Origin: Eledone cirrhosa
Taxonomy: Eukaryota
Reading direction: 5' to 3'
NCBI GenBank assembly: GCA_964016885.1
Contig: OZ024742.1
Span: 2,976,001-3,040,000 of the forward strand
DNA: 64,000 nucleotides
Shown piece after piece: positions 13,401-26,000 of the stretch. The stretch's first letter is position 1. Every line of letters starts with the position of its first letter. Below the pieces are notes generated by a model. The model had not been told where the DNA came from. It saw nothing but the letters and a program-made list of their open reading frames with translations, and searched no databases. The translations under genes and the position numbers were made by a program.

Positions 13401-13814
13401 GTCCCAGATGCGTGTGCGACGAGGAAACCGTTGCACACGCATTGGTACACTGCTCGGGCGTAGCCGATCTGTGGGGCAATGTCGAACGACTGCTGTCACG
13501 GGTGGGACCGATCCGGTTGACCAGCGAGGCCATTGTAACGATTAAGCCACCTCCCCCCTTCAAAAATGAAGGAGAGGCGGTGTTTCTGTGCGTAATAGCC
13601 ATAGTGAAAGAGGTTGTATGGTGGACGCGTCTGAAAGGACTGAGGTCAGGCACCTTTCTCTCTGGCCAACAACTGATCCGTTTCTTCCGATATCATTTCG
13701 GAAGAAGGATCAGGATGGAGAGAGGTGCTCCACCCCAGTCGTTTTTATGAAAGGTGGGTGAAAGTGGCGAGAATGGCCCGTGTGAATCGGCCTTCTCTCT
13801 ACATCAGCCTGTAG
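10406..13814 (+). pseudogene. LINE ORF2 (APE endonuclease, RT, CCHC), frameshifted
   Basis: CLNARGL, ICET, GDWN, YSDH, WKLN, SPGLDGLP, NFRPVTLLN, RQGCPLS, YADD, GGLGLP, CPRC..EETVAH..VHC. Confidence 0.92.
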
Positions 13815-14335
13815 GTGGAAAAGATGAAGGAACCAGGTAGCACCCTCTCTCTGTGCTCCTGAGGAGAAGGGTCGCACACTTTTTTCGGGGGTGTGTGCCA
13901 CCTCCCAAAACGCCTCCTCCCTATTGAGGACTTTATGGTTAATTTTATATTTGTTATTTGTTTTCTTTACTCGCCTTTTTGTGTAACCCCCCCTCCCCCC
14001 ACACTTGTATTTGTCCCCTTCTTTTGCGCCCTCGTGGCAATAAATAGAAATATATCTATCTATCTATCTATCTGTCTATCTATCTATCTATTTATCTATC
14101 GTTTAATCTAGCTGTCGTCTGTTCGACAGCGTAGACGTAATTCACTTCGCGCAGAAGTTTTGTTCCAATTTATTGCGGAAATTTTGTAAGTTTAATTTTA
14201 ATTTTGATACTATTGTGTAGCTTGACCCCCCATCTGAACTGTCAGGCGGTGGGTCAGTTCATCTTCGCCCATCCCAGGGGTGAAAAACCTGTTTTTAAAA
14301 ATTTTGTGGCATAAAATTTCAATCGTCTAGCAGAA

Positions 14336-16156
14336 ATGTTAAACGAAGCTAACGAAAATAGTGGTGGGGGGACAGCGGTAAGAGTTGTAAGCTCGCATGC
14401 TTTAGTCCCCCCTTCCTTCCCAACTAACGTCATAGAGAAGGAAGGAAAAAATAAAATAAAAACAGACGAATGTGCGGAGAAAAATGACGAAAACACAAAT
14501 CTGGAGATTGATTCCAACAACAACAAAAATTTGAAAGAATTGCATGACAATATTAATACCACAAACAAAGAAACAACAAACACAAAAATAACATTTAAAA
14601 ACAACATCATAACAGAAAGCAAAGCAGACGACAAAGTCAACACCAATAATATTTCATTTACACAAACAACAAAGAAATCTTTAACATATATACCTGAAAA
14701 TATTTCAGATGTGGCACAAAGAATAAAAAACGCCAAACAATACATAACTCAAGGGGAAAATGGAACCTTATCGGTAAAAATGCCCCAAGAACTCACCAAA
14801 GATATTGAAAGTCGGACGGTCGTTTTCCGCAGCATCAACAACATCTCAAAAAAACCTCAACAACCCACACAAGCAGAAATTAAAGCAGTACTTACAGAAG
14901 TACTTAACGAAGCCACTTTCATAAGAAGAGACAGGCTGTATGGAAGCCTAGCGATTATTATGAAGAACGAATCAGCGGCAAAAAAATATGCTTTGTCGCC
15001 GATTCGTTCGACAAATTTTACCTTTTATCCATCTTATATGGGTAAAAGAACTAAGCGCATATGGCTGGATGCGATGATGCCAGATGTGGACTACTGCTGG
15101 CTCATAGCTGGCTTCATCGATCCAGCGAATGACAACGTGATTTCCATTGGGAAAACCACAGGCAATGCGTTCAGTGGAACAGGTATAGAACTTGTAGTGC
15201 AAATGAAGCCTGAACGCATTGCCCAAATACCCGACAGAATCCTATTAGAGGGCCACAGGTATATAAACATTAGCGTGGAGGGGAGAAGGCCGTCCTGTCA
15301 TATCTGTGCAGGCAGAGGGCACCTGACGGCGGCTTGTCCCCAACTCAACAAGAAGAAAACCCTGCTACCAACACCAGCTCCACCACCACCACAACAGATA
15401 AACAAACAACAAAACTCAGTCCCACCCAACCCCTCACTCAATAAAACAACACAACCACCGCAGCCACAACACACAACACAGTCTAACATAGTGACATCCA
15501 TCTCCCCCACAAAGAAAACCAACACGGAAACACTACCAGCAAACATACCTCTTCCCTCCAACACTGAAGATAACCCAACGAATTCGGAGGAAGAAACGGA
15601 GTCCTTCAGACAGATTAAAAGGAAAAAAAGAAAACATGTGCAAAACACACAAGGCCAAACAACCCCTACCCAAATGTCAACACAATCCAAAAAAACACAA
15701 AACACCCCTCCAGCAACAAACAAAACCAAACCTGCCCCTCCCCTCTTCGAAACACTCACACCATCCGAAAAAAAGACATTACACTATACTTACATCAACA
15801 GAAACAATAATAAATTAAATGAACTCATAAACAATAATCCTTCGGTACAAACCGAAGGTGTAAACTTTGTTTCTTCAGAAAACTACCCACATTTAAAATT
15901 AATAAAGATCCCAATGAACCTCTACCAAAAACTAAAAAAGGATTTTAAGGAAGACGTAGGACCACCCTCTGTCAAACCCATAAACCGCGTCCTACTAAAA
16001 AGCTTTCCCCCTCCCCTTCCCCTCCCCAACACAACTCCAAACACCCCAACCCCACCACACACTGACGACCCCACACCACCAAAAGACACCCCTTCACCCA
16101 ACACCCCCGACCCCATGGAAGTCGTGCGACCCGAACCCCGGGAAGCAGAAAGGTAG
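14336..16156 (+). CDS. LINE ORF1 protein, 606 aa, open
   Basis: Uninterrupted ORF with CHICAGRGHLTAAC zinc knuckle and a Pro/Thr/Gln-rich C-terminus; paralogous to the copy 1 ORF1. Confidence 0.85.
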   Translation: MLNEANENSGGGTAVRVVSSHALVPPSFPTNVIEKEGKNKIKTDECAEKNDENTNLEIDSNNNKNLKELHDNINTTNKETTNTKITFKNNIITESKADDKVNTNNISFTQTTKKSLTYIPENISDVAQRIKNAKQYITQGENGTLSVKMPQELTKDIESRTVVFRSINNISKKPQQPTQAEIKAVLTEVLNEATFIRRDRLYGSLAIIMKNESAAKKYALSPIRSTNFTFYPSYMGKRTKRIWLDAMMPDVDYCWLIAGFIDPANDNVISIGKTTGNAFSGTGIELVVQMKPERIAQIPDRILLEGHRYINISVEGRRPSCHICAGRGHLTAACPQLNKKKTLLPTPAPPPPQQINKQQNSVPPNPSLNKTTQPPQPQHTTQSNIVTSISPTKKTNTETLPANIPLPSNTEDNPTNSEEETESFRQIKRKKRKHVQNTQGQTTPTQMSTQSKKTQNTPPATNKTKPAPPLFETLTPSEKKTLHYTYINRNNNKLNELINNNPSVQTEGVNFVSSENYPHLKLIKIPMNLYQKLKKDFKEDVGPPSVKPINRVLLKSFPPPLPLPNTTPNTPTPPHTDDPTPPKDTPSPNTPDPMEVVRPEPREAER

Positions 16157-16189
16157 GTCTCTACACTCTCCTTTGGCTTTGCCGCCCAC

Positions 16190-19100
16190 ATGGATGTGTT
16201 AAGAGTAGGATGCTTGAATGCACGTGGCCTGGGCTCAACTTGGAAGCAAGCAACCTTCAAAATGACCTCAGGTCACGTGGTATAAATGTAATGGTTATCT
16301 GTGAGACTCGGATCAGCGTCGTGCGGCAGTTGGCCCCTACCTTCGATGACTTTGAGGTGCATGCATCTCTCTGTCAACCTGGAGGTGGGGTGGGGTTGTC
16401 GTACTGCTGGAAAAACACCTGGGTCTCGCGGTACAGGTTATTCACTCGGACCCGGAAGATCGTTTGTTGGTGCTAGACGTTGGCAGTAGTGAAGGTGCGG
16501 CCTTGAGACTGGTCGCCGTCTACTCCCCTTTCGGAGCTGAACGACCCGACTTCTTCCAGCGTCTGGAGACTTTTCTGGGAACGTCGCGTTCCCTGCTTCT
16601 AGCGGGGGATTGGAATGACATCCTAGATGCACGTTGGGACTATGAAGGAGCATGTCCTAATAGAGGGGGGTGTAACAGCCTCAAGGGGTTACTCAACCGT
16701 TTTAACTTGGTCGATAGATATCGACTAGATTTTCCAACTGTGCCAACCTGGACTTGGACGAACCACAGTGGTCAATCTAGATCGTACTTAGATAGATTCT
16801 TAGTTAGAAGTAAGGATAGGGACATATTAAACTGTCCAGAAATGCTCACGGTTGGCTATACAGATCACAAATTAGTGACCTGCGTCGTCAATCTCGAGAA
16901 AACACATAGACAGGGTCCCGGTTACTGGAAACTTAATTTGTCTTTACCGGCAAAAGAGGCTTACAGAAACCGGATTAGCAGATTAGTTAAGGAGAGGTTG
17001 ACGGGTGCAATCGTCAACAACCGATGGTGGGCATCTCTCAAAAGAGAGATTAGAACAGAATCAATAAGTTATAGCAAGATGTTACCTGCCGATAGGAATA
17101 GGAACGAGAAAGAATTAACAGGTAAATTAGAAGAGGCAATCAAGAGCGAAGATGTGGCCAGAGTGCTGGCATCGAGGACGGCCTTGAGCCAGGTTTTTCG
17201 ATGCAAAGCACGAAGGCTGCGTCATTCGAAGTAAAATACGTGCTCTAGGTAATGAGGGGCCAAAGCCGTTGGCTGGGCCCGCGTGACAGAAGCTAAGAGT
17301 GGAAATCGATCCATCATCCGGTCTTTGCAAGACGAGGATGGACGGGTGATCCGGGAGCCTAAGCAGATGTGCGAGGCCTTTCAAAGGCACTTTGCCCGAT
17401 TGTTCGGGGGGGGGGGGTCCAGGCGGGGACGTGGATTTCGGTCCATACCTCGACGGCCTGCCGCGTCTCTCGAGCGAAGAGGCAGAGTCCTGCGAGGGAC
17501 CAATCTCGGCTGATGAGATCGGGGATGCGCTGAGCCAATGCAACCCGACGCAAATCTCCAGGTCTCGATGGTATACCTTACGAACTTTATTTAGCAATGC
17601 CGGTCTTCTTCTCCGAACTCCTTGAAGCAGTCTACTGCAATTGGCAGCATAACGGGAGAATTCCTTGTTCTGTAGCCAAGGGCGTAGTCTCGCTGGTGGG
17701 GAAAGACGAGAACAAGGGGGATAGTATAAATAATTTTCGGCCCATAACCCTGCTAAACACAGAGTTAAAGATTTTGGCCAAGGTGTTAGCAAAGAGGTTG
17801 GCGCTTGTCGTGGGTGGCCTGGTGGGAGATGCGCAGACATGTGCTATCCCATCCAGGTCCATTCAGGACAACCTCCACCTCATGCGATACATCATAGAGA
17901 GGGTTGGCAACAAACCCGGCTTCGGTGGGGCCCTGATCAACTTGGATCAGTTTAAGGCGTTCGATGGGGTCGACCATGGTTACCTGGATGCGGTGCTAGC
18001 GGCGGCTGGGTTCGGTCCTGTTTTCAGAAGCTGGATCACTGCCTTACAGAGCAACCACATCTGTTCTAGGATCAAGGTGAACGGCTACCTTTCGAAGCCG
18101 TTCGAAATCACATGATCCATTCGACAGGGGGTGCCCTCTTTCCTCCCTTCTGTACGTATTGACTCTCGAGCCTTTACTGAGGAAGTTGGAGTTGTTGCAG
18201 GGTATCCCCCTGGAACCAGGATTGAGCAAAGCGGTGTCGGCCTACGCCGATGACGTAACAGTAATGGTATCGACCGACTCGGAGATCGAGGCGATCGGTA
18301 CCTTACTGGAGGAATACGAAAGGTTGTCAGGAGCGAAACTGAACCGGGAAAAATCCATCGGGCTGCAACTCGGAACGTGGAGAGGCAGACCGATGCCTCC
18401 CGACGGTGTCGTCGGACACTGGACGGAGGGTCCGGTGAAGTTGCTTGGGGTCTGGTTTGGACCGGACCTCCAGGTGGAAAAGAACTGGGGCGAGGTTACG
18501 TACAAGGTGTTTGCACTAACCCAGAAATGGGCCAAGTGTAAGCTGTCCCTAAAAGGTCGGGCGGAGGTGGCGAACATTTACATAGCGTCCGTCACTTACT
18601 ACCGCCTGACTGTCGTGCCTTGCCCTAAGGAAACACTCACCACCATGGAACGCATGCTCTTTCAATTTCTTTGGAAGAAGCGCCCTCCAATGGTGTGAAG
18701 GTCCATCTGCTGCCAACAACCTCCGAAAGGAGGGCTGGGGTTGCCGTGGTTGATAATGCGTAGGCACGCATTAAGGCTACGGTACCTACAGGTACACCTC
18801 ACTGGTCAACCGGTGTGGGCTCCGTTCGTGAAACGAGCCTTTCCGAGACTCGTCTCGCTCACCGAGGTGCAGTCCTGGGTCAAGCAAAGATCCGGAAAAC
18901 TGGGAGACTGGCACACTGAGTGTGCCCAGGCGCTCAGGGCTCTCTGGCAAGCGGACCCGGCCATCGGTGGAGAATCCACCTCGTCATTCTATAGAGGGCT
19001 GGTGGCTCGCAAAGGCGATGACACCCTTGGAGAGTCGCTGGACATGGAAAAGGACGAGCTGGCCAGCCTGTTCGGTAGGACTTTCGGCCCGGGACCAATG

Positions 19101-19624
19101 GACAACTTCCAGAAGTCACTAGCCTGGCAGTGCTACCGGGGGGCTCTACCCGTTCGAGAAAAGCTCTACAGACACGGGCGCCCGGGCAGGGATCCCTCGA
19201 AAAAGATTTGCCCTAGATGCGTGCGTCACGAAGAAACCGTTGCACACGAATTGGTGCAATGTCCGGGCGTGGCTGATCTGTGGGGCTACGCCGAACGAAT
19301 GCTGTCGCGGGTGGTGCCGATTCGAGTGACCGCCGAGTCCGTGATGACAATCAAGCCGCCTCCCTCTTCACAAAGGAAGCAAAGGCGGTTTTTCTGTGCG
19401 TAATAGCCATGTTGAAAGAGGTTGTTTGGTGGACACGATTGAAAGGTCTGAGGTCAGGCAACTTCTTCTCTGGCCATAGTCTGGTCTACTTCTTCCGATA
19501 TCACTTCGGAAGAAGGATAAGAATGGAGAGAGAGGTGCTTGGCCACAGGCAGTTTTATGAAAGGTGGGTGATAGTGGCGAGAATGGCTCGTGTAAATGGG
19601 CCTTCTCTGGATACCATCCTGTAG
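16190..19624 (+). pseudogene. LINE ORF2, frameshifted
   Basis: MDVLRVGCLNARGL, GDWN, YTDH, NFRPITLLN, YADD, CPRC..EETVAH. Confidence 0.92.
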
Positions 19625-19857
19625 GTAAAGAAGTGAAGGAGAGGGGAGCACCTTCTCCATGTGCTCCCCGGGCAAAGGATTGCACACTTTTTCGGGGGTG
19701 TGTGCCACCCCCATCACGTCCCCTCCCTTTTGAGTTTGTTTTCGATTATTTTCATTTTATACCCTTTTTACTCGGTTTTATGTAAACTCCCCCTTTGTAT
19801 TTGTCCCTTCTTTTTATGCCTTTATGGTAAATAAAGAAATATATCTATTTATCTATC

Positions 19858-20680
19858 GTTTTTTCAGGCATAGAGGAGGACGAACTGGCCAGTCTGTTCG
19901 GTAGGACCTTCCGCCCGGGACCAATGGACAACTTCCAAAAGTCCCTGGCCTGGCAGTGCTACCGAGGAGTTCTACCAGTTCGAGACAGGCTCTAAAGACA
20001 CGGGCGCCCGGGTAGGGACCCTTCGAAAAAGATCTGTCCGAGATGCGTCCGTGACGATGAAACCGTCGCGCACGCATTTGTACACTGACCGGGCGTTACC
20101 AACCTGTGGGGCTATGTAGAACGACTATTGTCGCGGGTGGGACCAATCCAGTTGACCACCGAGTCCATTGTCATGATCAAACCACCACCCTCCTTCAAAA
20201 ACGAGGGAGAGGCGGTTTTCCTATGTGTTATGGCTATGGTGAAAGAGGTTATATGGTGGACGAGGTTAAAAGGGTTGAGGTCAGACACCTTTCTCTCCAG
20301 CGAGCAACTGATTCGTTTTTTCAAATATCATTTTGGAAGAAGAATCAGAATGGAGAGAGAGGTGCTGTACCCCAGCAACATTTTTAAAAGGTGGGTGAAT
20401 GTGGCAAAGATGGCCCGAGTGGTTGGGCCTTCTCTCTATATAAGCCTGTAGGTTGAGGAAAAAGAGGAAGAGAGGAAAGGAGTACTCACTCTTGGTGCTC
20501 CTGGAGATGAGGGTTGTACATTTTTTCGGGGTGTGTACAATCCCCGTGTAACACCTCCCCCATTGGGGATTTCAATTGTTATTTGTTATTTTATTAATAG
20601 TTTTATTTTCATATACCTGTATGTAAACTCCCCATTTGTATTTGTCCCCTTCTTTTGTGCCCTTGTGGCTAATAAAGAAA
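19858..20680 (+). mobile_element. Tx1 LINE copy 3, 5'-truncated (~0.8 kb)
   Basis: Begins at EEDELASLFGRTF; nearly identical to the 3' end of copy 6; ends AATAAA plus TATC. Confidence 0.9.
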
Positions 20681-22034
20681 TTTATCTATTTATCTATCTG
20701 TCTGTCCATCTATCCTGCTCACTCTCTTACTCTTTCTCTCTCTTACTCACTCTCTATATATATATTTATATATTTATCTATATGTATGTATATATACTAA
20801 ACTTAATTGCGGATGTAGCCAAATGTAAAGATAGATGTGAAGCTGCTGTCATTGTCGTTGATAGACGCCAATGGTAGAATGCATTGGATTTCGTTGAGTA
20901 TCTCTTACGTTGTGGGATAAACCTTATAAAAACGGATAGAGATATCGATAAAGATGATATAAATATTGATCTTTTGATCAGAGGCGCAACAACATAGATT
21001 TTAAGCAAGAATATATCAACTTGAGTATATGATTGGCACTTTATTTTATCGTCAACCAGAAGGAAAAAAGGAAAAGGTAAATGCTGAGTCACTTAAAACT
21101 GCATATTTAGTTCAATGTTCCACCGAGTGATAATGTAGCCAGAACCACGTTAGCTTCACAATATAACTAATTGTTTATATTTTCAAACTAAAGCATCCGA
21201 GAGAAATTAGAAAGCAGAGTTTTCCAACACGTTGCTAACAGAACGCTCGTCAATGCTACCAGAAACCCACCATGTTTAATGAAATAATTAACTTTCTGTT
21301 ACAACCATAGTTCTGTAGCTACAAAGGAGGGAGTATTTCTTTAGATTCTGCCTGGAGTTTTGACATGTAGATAATATCAGCAACGGAAACATTGTTTCCT
21401 TGGTTTGAATTACGAGTTCCACCCTCAGTTGATATGCGAATGAGGTCTGCGATTTAGTCAATCGATTCGATTCGATTTCTTTAAAATCACACTACTTACT
21501 TCGTTTTACCAAAGGGAATTCTTTTTATTTAGCAGTTATCTAGAAGGAGACATAAAACGTTCAATTATTGCAGATTTTATTCCAGTAACATCCAATATAC
21601 TTATAAAGATATTTAATTAACACTGGTCAAAAGGTCTCCAGGAGATTGGAAAACGTTTTATTAATTGCGACATTGAAGAAATATATGAGCAAAGAAATAA
21701 ACCAAACTTTCTGAATCAGTCTCCCTCCCTCTCTCTCTCACTCTATCCCCCCCCCTCTATCTCCCACTCTCTCTCGCTCTTACTCACTCTCCCCCCACCT
21801 CTCTCTCTTCCCCCACTCTATCTCTCTCTATATATATAGAGAGAGAGGAAATAATGTATAATAAAGTTTGCCGATATCACATTTCCTAATTTTATTTAGT
21901 ATTCATTTGTAAAAGGAAGCCATTTACCATTGTCTCTACAATAAAGTACAAAATTCTTTGTAATATTCTATGCGTCTGTCTCCAGAATTACACTTGACAT
22001 ATTGCTATTCAGATATCGAGCGAAGTCTTTCACC

Positions 22035-22118
<84 letters not shown>

Positions 22119-22120
<2 letters not shown>

Positions 22121-22900
22121 GTGGTTACACAACAGTTAGTTCACCATACCGAGAACAATTGTTTCACCTTCGCGGATCTTCAGCTCGGGATGTGTATGGT
22201 TATAGGAACAGGAAGGACAACCGTACGAACGCGCATGCGCAGAAACTCGGTCACTTCACACAGGCAATACTAGATGCGTGCGGGAGGTGTAAGGGAAATA
22301 ACTGCGAAAGTCCGGAGAGTTTTTAGGTTGAAAATAAAATTAAAAGAAATTAAAAATAAAATTAAAAAAGAATCAGTCCGGGGCCTTGTAGTTATGCAAT
22401 AGATGTTTGGTCATGTGTGGACAACGTGTGAAAAATTCACTTCTCGTGTTTAGGCAATCACTATTACGTAATCTCTTTAGGATAGTTATTCGTTCGTCGA
22501 TACATAAGCCACACGCCGGATTTCCCCTTGCGTATGGCTTGGACTTAGTGATGGCTTTCCATTGAATGGAGTAGCCTATACTTGAGTCCTTGAGGGACCA
22601 TACGTGGCTCGCGAGTTTCGTGGATGAACGTCTGTCCGGGTATCTGAAGGTAGACTGGTGGTTCAGGAAACGCTCCTTGAATCGGCCCTCCGATGCCCAC
22701 ATAGGATTTGACCTCCTGTGGTTCGTTTGGTCGGTTGGAAGTGACCACAGCTTCATAGATCACAGCTGGTGTGTTGCATTGCTGTTGAAGGGGGGAAAGC
22801 TTCAGACTTACGGCAAGAGCACCCTGGTTGGGTGTTGCTCTTAGGGCTGCTGGTGATGTGGGCCTTCATGTTCTTAGCGCAGAGAACATGAAGGACCACA
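22119..22900 (-). mobile_element. Penelope-like element 3' fragment (GIY-YIG plus pLTR)
   Basis: VIYEAVV...SYVG, FKERFLNH, LASHVWSLK, CGLCIDE, LNTRSE..CPH. Homologous to 59225-60205; embedded in (TA)n. Confidence 0.85.
22143..22200 (-). ncRNA. Hammerhead ribozyme in a PLE pLTR
   Basis: Reverse complement reads accatac..ccgag CTGAAGA tccgcgaaggt GAAA caattg TT ctcgg-tatggt. Confidence 0.7.
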
Positions 22901-22999
22901 TCATATATATATAGAGAGTGAGAGAGAGAGAGAGAGAGGGAGTGAGGGAGGGAGTTTTACATATATGAATGTATATACATATATGTATGTACATATATG

Positions 23000-23059
<60 letters not shown>

Positions 23060-23060
<1 letters not shown>

Positions 23061-26000
23061 TAGCAGAAGTACCCGGCGTTGCCCGGGTGTAAGTCGACCT
23101 TTGCTCTGTTGTTAAAATGTGTGAAAGTTACTTCCCGCGCATCACAGGTGCAAAAACCTTCGAACCTCAAGGAAAAAAACATAGGTTAGTAGACGCAGGT
23201 GTGTAATTGAGCATAAATAATGGATCAATTGTAGGTTCACAGTGATCGTTGATATTGTTCTTTGCAAGACAGACGGAAGTCAAATTCACTTGGAATTGAA
23301 TTTTCAGTTGATTTTTAAAGCAGGATGAAAAAGTCGATTTTTTCACAGTTTTTTTTTTTTTACAATTTTCGCGCTCATACGTGCAGAATAAGAAATAAAA
23401 GGGACTTTATCTGAACCGCGACATAATGGCGAGTGTTTTGCGACAGTTTTCAAGAAAATCGGACGTTCCTGTAAAAATGTTTTCCATGTGCAACTTTGCC
23501 TTGTTTTTTGCGCAAAGTCGAACCTCCGCTTCAGTTTTATTGATTTTTTACATGAATGCGTGACCTCTGAAATAGCTAAAAACCTGTCCCATTAAATTTG
23601 CTATAGGTGAGAAAAAGTTGACCAAAATTGTGTCTAGGGATATTGCCCTTTGCAGCAGCCTCAACGTGCCTTCAAGTATGGTTTGTTAATTTGTTGTGGA
23701 ACTAAATCGACTTGCTTCAAATCGGACCGAGGAAACAATGTTTCCATTTGTCTTTCTAGCTGGTGTACCCGGTTACACTTGGGGTTATAAGGCGCTGTAT
23801 TTAAACGGGTCTGCGCTAAATTCCAGCAGGATGCTTTAACCGAAATAAATGAAGAACAAACGTTTCTTTTTGTGCTCCAATCCGTGATATTGGTATTTTG
23901 AAAAAATAGTCCACAAACATCCATGGAGCATGTGTAACGCATGTATCAGGTTATGAGAAAAAGTGTTTTCGATTCTCCATTCATAAGATACCAAAAAATT
24001 GCACGCAAATAAGCCGGGATTTTAAGGCACTGCCCAATTCATAGCTGAAAGGTAAGAATCAAGGGGAATAATGTCTTGCGACATTGTCAAATGTACAACC
24101 GTACAAAACAAAGGATATAACCATTGGAATCTAGGTAGACCAAGGAATTTGGTGGGGTTGTATATCAGAGGATTATTTTCCTTCTGATTCGCTTCTAGCC
24201 TAAAAAAAGTGAAGTTAGATGATTGTAGACGGTGTTGTATCAATAACAAATAAAAACATACGGAAGACTGAATACTTACGAATTAAGTGAAAATCACGTT
24301 GATATTCCTATCGGAGCAACATGTGCCGAAAAACAAGACGGACTATTGTGTCAATATTGAAATCGTAGAAATGCGAATCCCGACCTCTAAGATGTAATGG
24401 ACAGGCCTTGGAGGTGAAGAGGAAGAATTGGTACAATTGTTTTGCTGAACATGTTGACCATTAATTTGGCCTAGAATGAGGGCCGGGTAAACGCGACAGA
24501 AAAATAAGCCATGCTGATGATGTTTAGGGGCGTCGCAGGGAATAGATGCGGCGTTGTGAGTCAATTGTGAGGACAGTGGAAGGCAGGCTGATCGCTTGAG
24601 AAGACGCGATGCTAAACAGGATGCTTCTCGGCCATAATTGACAGAAAGACATGTCAGGAGAAATGAAAGAGATGCTATTCATCCTTTGCTTAGCATGATG
24701 AACATGTAATTAAAAAGATTTAACATGGACTATCGTGCAGGTTGGTATTGTGTTTAGCCTGCGAAAATCGGGGGTCAAATGAGGCAACAATAAACCATGC
24801 TGATGACGTTTATGCGGGTGGCAAGGAATTGATGTGGTATTGATAGCCATGGGAGTCTTGAAGGAGATCGGCGGTCAGGCAAAAGAAAGGGCTGAGGAGG
24901 TGATGGTGGCTGACAGTGAAGGGATGCGGCATCCTGAGCCATGACGATGCAGTGGGACGACGGCCAGCAGGGAAAGGAGAGGGGGGGGGGGGGTTGGCGG
25001 TGGCAGGGATGTGACTCGGTCCCTCAAGACTGCCATGCCTAGGCAGTGGAAAGGGTCGGAGAGTGGATGGCGGCTGACAGAGCAGGATGCATGGCGGCTG
25101 ACAGGGCGTGGAAGCGACATGCCAATTGAGTTGCACCTCGGGAATGTAGAGAGCACTGGGAGGCACGATGATTGTTTGAGAAAACCGGGTGCAAGGCATG
25201 ATGTGTATCAGCCATACATGATCGGTAGGCTTTGGAAGTGAATGGGATAGATTTTTGTTTAATTTTGTTAAATATGGTCAAAATGAATGTAAAAAGACTT
25301 ACATAGGATCGTCTTCATGTTCGGTGCTGTCTTTGGTCTGAGATAATGGGCGGTTATGTGCGGCGCAGGAATAAACCATGCTGATGACATTTGAGCAAGT
25401 TGCTGACAAGGCAGGAATGCCGCATGGTGAGCCATGGCAGTCGTGAGGCACCAAGGCGTGCGAGCAAGGGAGGGGGCAGGGGTTGCGGTGGCAGGGATGG
25501 GGCTTGGTTAGGCATGGCAGTCTTGAAGGAGCACGGTGGGCAGGAAAAATAAAAGGCTGACGAGGGGATGGCGGCTGACAGATCATGGATGCGGCATGGT
25601 GAGGAATAACGATGCAGTGGGTCGACGGCGTTCAGGGAAGGGAGATGGCCGAGATCGACGGTTGCAGTGATTCCGCATGGTGAACCATAGCACTCGTGAA
25701 GGACCAAGGCGTGCTGGTAAGGGAGAAGGCAGGGGAGGGCATGGCGGCTGACAGATAATGAATGCGGCATGGTGAGGCATGACGATGCAGTGGGACGACG
25801 GTGTGCAGGGAAAGGAGAGGGCAGAACTTGATGGTAGCAGGGATGTGGCTTGGTTAGGCATGGCAGTCTTGAAGGAGCACGGCGGGCAGGCAAAAGAAAG
25901 GGCTGAGGAGGGGATGGTGGCCGACAGGGCAGTAATGCGGCATGGTGAGGCATGACGATGTAGTGGGACGACGGCGTGCAGGTAAGGGAGAGGGCAGAGG

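Larger units (their letters stand above)
8391..14050 (+). mobile_element. Tx1/L1-clade LINE copy 1, full-length, decayed
   Basis: 5' UTR, ORF1, ORF2 and a 3' UTR ending aataaatagaaa. Flanked by (TATC)n on both sides (8290-8390, 14051-14100). Confidence 0.9.
14101..19839 (+). mobile_element. Tx1/L1-clade LINE copy 2, full-length (different subfamily)
   Basis: Starts right after the (TATC)n tail of copy 1; ends aataaagaaa plus (TATC)n. Confidence 0.9.

Noticed and set aside
21500-21710. TAA-as-Gln alternative genetic code in exon-like blocks
   Set aside because: TAA is expected often in AT-rich DNA, other frames are equally plausible, and retroelement ORFs here end with standard TAG/TAA.
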